Source of the DNA: Arenicellales bacterium
GTDB lineage: Bacteria > Pseudomonadota > Gammaproteobacteria > Arenicellales > JAOTWM01
DNA length: 55,345 nt
Assembly: GCA_964194565.1 (NCBI GenBank)
Contig: CAXMMZ010000129.1
Span: 1 to 55,345, forward strand
Direction of reading: 5' to 3'
Below, one piece after another: positions 48,921-55,345 of the stretch. Each line of letters opens with the position of its first letter. The stretch's first letter is position 1. The notes beneath the pieces were generated by a model. That model ran no database searches. It was not told the DNA's origin and was given only the letters and a program-made list of their open reading frames with translations. A program made the translations under genes and the position numbers.

Positions 48921-50810
48921 ATGACTCAATTCCAAAATCAATTCGAAGTCATCGTCGTCGGTGGCGGTCACGCCGGTACCGAAGCGGCGCTCGCAGCCGC
49001 GCGCATGGGCCGGCGCACATTACTATTGACCCACAATATCGAGACGATTGGCCAGATGTCGTGTAATCCCGCCATCGGCGGCATAGGTAAGGGTCATATC
49101 GTCAGGGAAGTCGATGCACTGGGCGGCGCGATGGCCCAGGCAATCGATCGTGGCGGGATCCAATTCCGAACCTTAAACGCGCGCAAAGGTCCTGCGGTGC
49201 GGGCTACCCGGGCGCAGGCGGACCGCACCTTATATAAGGCTGCGATCCGGTGCGTTGTTGAGCGGCAGCCGAATCTCAACGTATTTCAGCAAGGCGTCGA
49301 TGACTTGCTGCTCGATAGTGGCCGCGTTGTAGGAGTCATGACCGAGCTCCGGTTGCAATTTCTCGCCCCAACCGTGGTGCTGACTGTGGGCACATTTCTC
49401 GGCGGCAAATTGCACATTGGCCAGGCCAACAGTCGCGGTGGACGGGCCGGGGACCCGGCAGCCAACACCCTTGCCGAACGTTTGCGGGACCTACCGTTGC
49501 GGGTGGCGCGACTGAAAACCGGTACGCCGCCGCGATTAGATGGCCGCAGCATCGACTACTCAAAAGTCGCAGTACAACCTGGGGACGAGCCGGTCCCGGT
49601 ATTCTCGTTTGTCGGCAGTGCGAGCGACCACCCGGCGCAGCTGCCTTGTCATATCACCTATACCAATGAGCGCACTCACGACATTATTCGTGCTGCGCTG
49701 GATCGGTCACCGTTGTACAGCGGCGCAATCGATGGCGTCGGTCCGCGTTATTGCCCATCGGTCGAGGATAAAGTTGTGCGTTTCGCCGATAAGACCGCGC
49801 ACCAGATATTTATCGAGCCGGAAGGGCTCAACACCACCGAGGTTTACCCGAATGGAATCTCGACGAGTCTGCCGTTCGATGTGCAATGGCAATTGGTGCG
49901 CTCGATCCGCGGTTTCGAGGCGGCCCAGCTCACGCGCCCTGGCTATGCGATCGAATATGACTTTTTTGACCCGCGCGATCTGCAGCCCTGGCTCGAAACC
50001 AAAGCTATCGATGGGTTGTTTTTTGCGGGCCAGATCAATGGTACGACGGGTTATGAGGAGGCCGCAGGTCAGGGCCTAGTGGCGGGCACCAACGCGGCCC
50101 TTAAAGTGGCTGCTCGCGAACCGTGGTACCCGCAGCGTGATGAAGCTTATATTGGCGTTATGATCGACGACTTGATCACGCGCGGCACCAGCGAACCGTA
50201 TCGCATGTTTACCTCGCGTGCGGAATACCGTCTGCAACTGCGCGAAGATAATGCCGACCTGCGCCTCACCGAGGATGGCCGCAAATTGGGCCTCGTCGAT
50301 GACGATCGTTGGAGCCGGTTCGTTGCCAAGCGCGAGTGCTTGGCGCGCGAGCAGCAGCGCTTACAATCGACCTGGATACAGCCCGCCAGCCTTGATGCGC
50401 ATAGCGCAGACGATGTGCTCGGTCAGGCGCTGACGCGGGAAGCCACATTGAGCGAGTTGCTGCGACGACCCGAGGTCCGATACGCCAAGCTCATGACATT
50501 ACCCAACGCGGGCCCCGGGGTGAGCGACCCGATCGTGCAAGAGCAGCTTGAAATTCAAGCTCGTTATTCCGGGTACATCGAGCGCCAATTCGCCGAAATT
50601 GCGCGGCATCGCCGCCATCAAGCCACGCCCTTGCCGGCCGACCTCGACTACACGCGAATTCGCGGTTTGTCGGCGGAGGTCAGCCAAAAATTGGACCGGC
50701 AGCGGCCCGCCACGATTGGCCATGCTGGGCGGATACCAGGCATCACACCGGCTGCCATTTCGCTGTTGCTGGTGTATTTGAAGAAGCGCTCTATGCGCCC
50801 CGCCGCGTAA
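48921..50810 (+). CDS. mnmG: tRNA uridine 5-carboxymethylaminomethyl modification enzyme MnmG (GidA)
   Basis: [46 protein letters not shown]. Confidence 0.99.
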   Translation: MTQFQNQFEVIVVGGGHAGTEAALAAARMGRRTLLLTHNIETIGQMSCNPAIGGIGKGHIVREVDALGGAMAQAIDRGGIQFRTLNARKGPAVRATRAQADRTLYKAAIRCVVERQPNLNVFQQGVDDLLLDSGRVVGVMTELRLQFLAPTVVLTVGTFLGGKLHIGQANSRGGRAGDPAANTLAERLRDLPLRVARLKTGTPPRLDGRSIDYSKVAVQPGDEPVPVFSFVGSASDHPAQLPCHITYTNERTHDIIRAALDRSPLYSGAIDGVGPRYCPSVEDKVVRFADKTAHQIFIEPEGLNTTEVYPNGISTSLPFDVQWQLVRSIRGFEAAQLTRPGYAIEYDFFDPRDLQPWLETKAIDGLFFAGQINGTTGYEEAAGQGLVAGTNAALKVAAREPWYPQRDEAYIGVMIDDLITRGTSEPYRMFTSRAEYRLQLREDNADLRLTEDGRKLGLVDDDRWSRFVAKRECLAREQQRLQSTWIQPASLDAHSADDVLGQALTREATLSELLRRPEVRYAKLMTLPNAGPGVSDPIVQEQLEIQARYSGYIERQFAEIARHRRHQATPLPADLDYTRIRGLSAEVSQKLDRQRPATIGHAGRIPGITPAAISLLLVYLKKRSMRPAA

Positions 50811-50839
50811 GCGCCGCGCGTTACTGGTTAAGCAACGAT

Positions 50840-51595
50840 ATGTATGCACTCGACGTGGCGTGTGCCAGCGATACGGGGCAGGTACGGGAACATAACGAAG
50901 ACAGCACTGCTGCGGAGAGCAGCTTGGGTTTGTACATCGTGGCCGATGGTATGGGCGGCTATCGGGCCGGCGAGGTCGCGAGTGCATTTGCGGTCACCAC
51001 GATGGTGCGGTCTTTGCGCCGCCAACTGCATGAGTTGGCTGGCCGCACCACCGATATGCGTCGCGCAATAAAGGCTGCACTACTTCGCGCTAACGATCAT
51101 ATATTTCGCTCCGCGCAATCGATCGACGAATACCGCGGTATGGGCACGACGATCGCCAGTTTGTTGTTTCACGAAAGCGACGTTTGCATCGCCCATGTCG
51201 GTGACTGCCGGGCCTACCGGTTGCGGGAGGGCGAACTGCAGCAGCTTACAACGGATCACACTGTGCACCAGGAATTGATCGACCGCGGTTTGTGCACACC
51301 TGAGGAGGCCGCGGAGGTGGTCAGCCGAAGTGTCGTGACTCGGGCATTGGGTATCGACGCCACGGTCAACGTCGATGTGTCCGAACAATCGATCCAGGCC
51401 GGCGATATGTACCTACTGTGCTCGGATGGATTGACCGATATGATCGATAATGAAACGATACGTGCGACGTTGCTGAGCAATGAATCGTTGGACGCCGCGG
51501 CGTCGTCACTGGTCGAGTTGGCCAACAATCGTGGTGGACAGGACAACGTCTCGGTGGTTTTGGTGAGAACCGCGGCACAAGTCGCACCGGGTTAA
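50840..51595 (+). CDS. PP2C-family Ser/Thr protein phosphatase (Stp1/PrpC-like)
   Basis: D.G..R..NED, VADGMGG, MGTT, HVGD.R.Y, LLCSDGL, GG.DN. Confidence 0.94.
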   Translation: MYALDVACASDTGQVREHNEDSTAAESSLGLYIVADGMGGYRAGEVASAFAVTTMVRSLRRQLHELAGRTTDMRRAIKAALLRANDHIFRSAQSIDEYRGMGTTIASLLFHESDVCIAHVGDCRAYRLREGELQQLTTDHTVHQELIDRGLCTPEEAAEVVSRSVVTRALGIDATVNVDVSEQSIQAGDMYLLCSDGLTDMIDNETIRATLLSNESLDAAASSLVELANNRGGQDNVSVVLVRTAAQVAPG

Positions 51596-51639
51596 GGTTT
51601 TCTAGCACATATCTCTCGAGTCGAGGAGCCAGAGTCGCC

Positions 51640-51954
51640 ATGCACGGTAAATTAGTTCTCGTTGTGGATGGGAGGGCGAAACGGGAATACGTGTTGACCG
51701 CGAATACCGCGGTAATCGGTCGTGGCCGGGAATGCAATGTTCGCTTAAAGGATTTGGCGGCGAGCAGTCGCCATGCGGCCATCATTAGCGTGCGCAAGGA
51801 TTGCATCATCGAAGACTTGGGCAGCACCAACGGGACCTACGTCAACGGTAAGGCGATCAATAAGCACGTGTTGTTGGATGGCGACGTAATAGATATCGGT
51901 TCCAACAGCATGGTCTACCATAGCGCGGATCAAGCCCCGGAAATACCGGATTAA
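51640..51954 (+). CDS. Stand-alone FHA domain protein
   Basis: IGR, SSRHA, DLGSTNGT.VNG, L.DGD.I.IG; GAGGAG RBS. Confidence 0.92.
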   Translation: MHGKLVLVVDGRAKREYVLTANTAVIGRGRECNVRLKDLAASSRHAAIISVRKDCIIEDLGSTNGTYVNGKAINKHVLLDGDVIDIGSNSMVYHSADQAPEIPD

Positions 51955-51955
51955 C

Positions 51956-52621
51956 GTGTCGGCCGGCGACGGCTCCGCGGCAATACTGCGTCGGCAGCTA
52001 GCGCATGGCTTGGAGGCGCTTGGCTTGCACGCAACGAGCCTCGGCAACGATAAATTGCTGTGTTACCTTGGCCTATTGGAAAAATGGAATAGCGCCTATA
52101 ACCTCACTGCGATTCGCGATCCTGCTGATATGGTCACCCGTCACTTGTTGGACTCTCTGGCGGGATTGTCTTGGGTACGGGGCCGGGTCGCGGATATCGG
52201 CAGCGGTGCAGGATGCCCGGGAATCGCATTGGCGATAATGAATCCGGCGCTTGCTATGACGCTGTTGGACAGCAACGGAAAGCGTATCCGGTTTTTGCGC
52301 CATGTTATTGCGAGTTTGGGGCTTAACAACGTTAATGTTGCTCATACGCGGGCCGAGGATTACCGGCCCAGTGAGAAATTTGATACGCTAGTTGCGCGTG
52401 CGTTCGGATCGCTGTCGGATTTGCTGGTCGCGTCCGTGCATCTGCTGGCGGCGCGGGGCCGTATCGTCGCCTGGAAAGGCACTTATCCGACGGCGGAGGT
52501 CCGCGCAGTCAGCGCGGCGGGCGAGTTTCGGTGTGGCGCGTACCGGGTGATCGTCCCCGGACTTTGTGCCGAACGCCATTTGCTGGTCATGACAAGTCCG
52601 CAACACAGTGCGGCGAAGTAG
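51956..52621 (+). CDS. rsmG: 16S rRNA m7G527 methyltransferase RsmG (GidB)
   Basis: KWN..YNLTAI, HLLDSL, DIGSGAG.PG, ARAF. Confidence 0.96.
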   Translation: MSAGDGSAAILRRQLAHGLEALGLHATSLGNDKLLCYLGLLEKWNSAYNLTAIRDPADMVTRHLLDSLAGLSWVRGRVADIGSGAGCPGIALAIMNPALAMTLLDSNGKRIRFLRHVIASLGLNNVNVAHTRAEDYRPSEKFDTLVARAFGSLSDLLVASVHLLAARGRIVAWKGTYPTAEVRAVSAAGEFRCGAYRVIVPGLCAERHLLVMTSPQHSAAK

Positions 52622-52623
52622 AG

Positions 52624-53397
52624 ATGAGCATGGGAAAAGTCGTCGCCGTTGCCAATCAAAAAGGCGGAGTGGGTAAAACCACCACCGGCATCAATCTTGC
52701 CGCCTCGTTGGCAAAGACGCGGCGCAAAGTATTGCTGATCGACCTCGACCCGCAGGGCAACGCCACGGTCGGTAGCGGGGTCGATAAAGATGCCATAGGC
52801 GAAACGATCTATGACGTCTTGCTTGGCAAGAGCACGATCGACGCGGCCGGGATCGTGGTCGACGGCGGTTACACGCTGGTGCCGGCGAACTCCGATTTGG
52901 CCGGCGCCCAGGTCGAGCTTGTTCAGGTTAATGATCGCGAGCGACGCCTGGAGCACGCACTACGCACTACGCGCGGCGCTTACCATTACGTGCTCATCGA
53001 CTGCCCGCCGGCATTAAATTTACTAACGGTAAACGCATTGGTGGCGGCGGATTCCGTCATGATACCGATGCAATGCGAATATTTTGCGCTGGAAGGATTA
53101 TCTGCATTGGTAGGCACCGTTACCAAGATTCGCGAAACGTTAAATCCACGCTTAACGATTGAGGGCTTGTTGCGCACGATGTTTGACGGCCGCAACAGCT
53201 TGACCAATGAGGTATCCGAGCAATTGCGCGCGCACTTTGGCGACAAAGTGTATCGCACGATAATTCCGCGTAATGTGCGGCTGGCCGAAGCGCCGAGCTA
53301 CGGTAAGCCGGTGATCGATTACGACAAAAACTGCGCCGGCACCCAGGCTTACCTGGCACTCGCTGGCGAAATGTTACGACGAGACGAAGCCGCATGA
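52624..53397 (+). CDS. parA: Chromosome partitioning ATPase ParA (Soj)
   Basis: NQKGGVGKTTT, DLDPQGNAT, IDCPP, QCEY.ALEG, IPRNVRLAEAPS.G. Confidence 0.97.
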   Translation: MSMGKVVAVANQKGGVGKTTTGINLAASLAKTRRKVLLIDLDPQGNATVGSGVDKDAIGETIYDVLLGKSTIDAAGIVVDGGYTLVPANSDLAGAQVELVQVNDRERRLEHALRTTRGAYHYVLIDCPPALNLLTVNALVAADSVMIPMQCEYFALEGLSALVGTVTKIRETLNPRLTIEGLLRTMFDGRNSLTNEVSEQLRAHFGDKVYRTIIPRNVRLAEAPSYGKPVIDYDKNCAGTQAYLALAGEMLRRDEAA

Positions 53398-54245
53398 GTA
53401 CAAAACGAGCGAGGTTGGGTAAGGGACTGGATGCACTGCTTGGGGGCAGCTTGGCGGGGCAGGAGTCCGGTAAAGACAAGCTGCGACATTTGCCCATCGA
53501 TATGCTGCAACGCGGCCGCTATCAGCCGCGCACCTATATGGCCAAGGATTCGTTGGAAGAGCTCGCGAATTCCATTAAGGCGCAGGGCGTTGTACAGCCC
53601 ATCGTGGTACGGGAGGCACCGACTGGCGGCTACGAAATCATTGCCGGCGAGCGGCGTTGGCGGGCGGCGCAGATGGCCGGCCTCGAGGCCGTGCCGGCCA
53701 TTGTGCGCAACGTTCCGGACGAGGCTGCGATGGCGGTGGCACTGATCGAGAATATCCAGCGCGAGGATCTAAACCCGATCGAAGAGGCCACCGGGTTGCA
53801 ACGCTTGCTAGACGAATTCGGCTTGACCCATCAACAGGTCGCCGATCATATCGGCCGCTCCCGCGCCGCGGTGACCAATCTTTTACGGTTGTTGACGCTG
53901 TCGGAACGAGTTCGCCGCTATCTTGAGCAGGGCAAGATCGACATGGGCCACGCCCGGGCATTGTTGGGGCTGGACGTAGATGTGCAACGCAGCGCTGCCG
54001 AGGCGGTGATCGCGAAGGGCCTGTCGGTACGCGAGACCGAGCAGATGGTGCGGCGTCTGCAACGCGGCACCAAAGCGCCGGCACGAAGTGTCGGGCCGGA
54101 CGCCGATGTGCGTCGACTGGTGGATGGTTTGTCGGAGCGGATCGGTGCTAAGGTCAGTATTCAGGACCGGTCCGGTAAGGGCCGGCTCGTTATCGAGTAC
54201 CACAGCCTCGAGGAGTTGGACGGCATCGTAGCGCGGATTCGTTGA
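53394..54245 (+). CDS. parB: Chromosome partitioning protein ParB
   Basis: LGKGLDAL, QPR, IAGERRWRA, ENIQREDL, RSRA.V.N.LRLL, MGHARAL. Confidence 0.97.
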   Translation: MSTKRARLGKGLDALLGGSLAGQESGKDKLRHLPIDMLQRGRYQPRTYMAKDSLEELANSIKAQGVVQPIVVREAPTGGYEIIAGERRWRAAQMAGLEAVPAIVRNVPDEAAMAVALIENIQREDLNPIEEATGLQRLLDEFGLTHQQVADHIGRSRAAVTNLLRLLTLSERVRRYLEQGKIDMGHARALLGLDVDVQRSAAEAVIAKGLSVRETEQMVRRLQRGTKAPARSVGPDADVRRLVDGLSERIGAKVSIQDRSGKGRLVIEYHSLEELDGIVARIR

Positions 54246-54258
54246 AACCGCCGTGATA

Positions 54259-54288
54259 TTGACCCGTTCAGGCGCGGTCTCGTATACT
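54259..54288 (+). promoter_or_regulatory. Putative sigma70 promoter of the atp operon
   Basis: TTGACC-18 bp-TATACT. Confidence 0.6.
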
Positions 54289-54423
54289 CCCACTGCTTTG
54301 TTGCGGTGCAACGAAAGACCGACCGCGACGCACGGGCGAACGCGAAGCTTCGTCTAGACCGATGCGGCCCACCGGCCGTATTTTTGTTGTGACGGGTGTA
54401 TTTGCAAGTGAGGCGTCCGGCAC

Positions 54424-54825
54424 GTGGAGGCGAAAACAACACGCTCCCCAGTTTTGCGGATCGCCGGTGCGCAACTGGCGGCAACGGTCGTAGTGGCGAT
54501 GTTGTTAATGGGCTACGCGACGCCAGCCGCGTATGCCGCGGCGCTGGGCGGAATAATCATCATCATTGCTCATGCCTATGCGGGCTGGCGAATTTTTTCA
54601 CGCAGCGAGAGAATATCAACCGATTACGAGTTGTATAATTTCTACCGTGCCGAACTGGGTAAGCTGGTCGTAATCGGAGCGTTGTGCGGGTTGGTCTTTG
54701 TAGCGGTACCGACACTGCATATCGCAGGTTTCCTGGCGGGATTGGTCGTGGCTCTGCTGACGGGACCGATTGCAGCGGCTACAGTGAAGACGGATCAAGT
54801 AGTAGCCGCTAAGCACGTAGACTGA
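54424..54825 (+). CDS. atpI: ATP synthase protein I
   Basis: Small 4-TM protein, A.LGG and FYR.E..K motifs, between parB and atpB. Confidence 0.82.
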   Translation: MEAKTTRSPVLRIAGAQLAATVVVAMLLMGYATPAAYAAALGGIIIIIAHAYAGWRIFSRSERISTDYELYNFYRAELGKLVVIGALCGLVFVAVPTLHIAGFLAGLVVALLTGPIAAATVKTDQVVAAKHVD

Positions 54826-54838
54826 ATAAAAAATTACC

Positions 54839-55345
54839 ATGGCCGCCGAAAACCTCACCACTACGAGCTACATCAAACATCACCTGCAGAACCTTACGTT
54901 CGGCCAGCACCCCGACGGCGGCTGGGGCATTGCACACGGCGCGGAAGAGGCCCGGGAAATGGGCTTCTGGGCGATTCATCTCGACACAATGTTTTGGTCC
55001 ATTGCGCTCGGCGTGTTATTCCTGTGGCTATTCCATAAGGTCGCGAAACGGGTCACCAGCGACGTGCCGGATGGCGCGCAAAATTTCATCGAATGGGTCG
55101 TGGAGTTTATCGACGACAACGTGCGCGGTTCGTTTGCCGCAAAAAATGATCTCATCGCGCCGCTCGCGTTGACGCTGTTTGTCTGGGTATTACTAATGAA
55201 TACCATGGACTTGGTGCCCGTGGACTGGATACCCATGATCGCAAGCGGAATTGGCATCCCTTATATGAAAGTCGTGCCGACGACCGATCCAAACGCCACG
55301 TTTGGCATGTCGATTGGTGTGTTTTTCCTCACCCTGTACTACAGC
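54839..55345 (+). CDS. atpB: ATP synthase F0 subunit a (runs off window end)
   Basis: Manual translation [22 protein letters not shown]...[14 protein letters not shown]...[20 protein letters not shown]. Confidence 0.96.
   Translation, partial: MAAENLTTTSYIKHHLQNLTFGQHPDGGWGIAHGAEEAREMGFWAIHLDTMFWSIALGVLFLWLFHKVAKRVTSDVPDGAQNFIEWVVEFIDDNVRGSFAAKNDLIAPLALTLFVWVLLMNTMDLVPVDWIPMIASGIGIPYMKVVPTTDPNATFGMSIGVFFLTLYYS

Overview
Chromosomal origin region of a Gram-negative proteobacterium, most likely a gammaproteobacterium (inferred from gene order and protein character). The core origin block is gyrB-dnaN-[oriC]-dnaA <> rpmH-rnpA-yidD-yidC-mnmE ... mnmG-rsmG-parA-parB-atpI-atpB. recF is absent between dnaN and gyrB, and two parS palindromes sit in that gap. 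The left part holds a class III PHA cluster (phaE-phaC, phaA, two phaB, phaR) with PhaR-box palindromes, then argS/priA, two MacB/FtsX-type ABC systems with partner enzymes, and an Omp85-phosphatase-nodIJ-sfsA operon. Most notable observations: (1) an orphan MotA-like/MotB-like membrane pair between mnmE and mnmG, whose B subunit has a ~230-aa coiled coil instead of an OmpA domain; (2) a SEX4/LSF2/laforin-like glucan-phosphatase-type enzyme in an operon with an Omp85 barrel and a NodIJ-like exporter; (3) a DARS-like DnaA-box/Fis/IHF cluster upstream of priA; (4) three families of MITE/RPE-like elements that mostly sit on or beside stop codons, one carrying a nested array of GGA-loop hairpin units; (5) a PP2C-FHA pair inserted between mnmG and rsmG. 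No rRNA, tRNA, transposase or CRISPR array was recognised. All calls come from manual motif reading; no database search was run.
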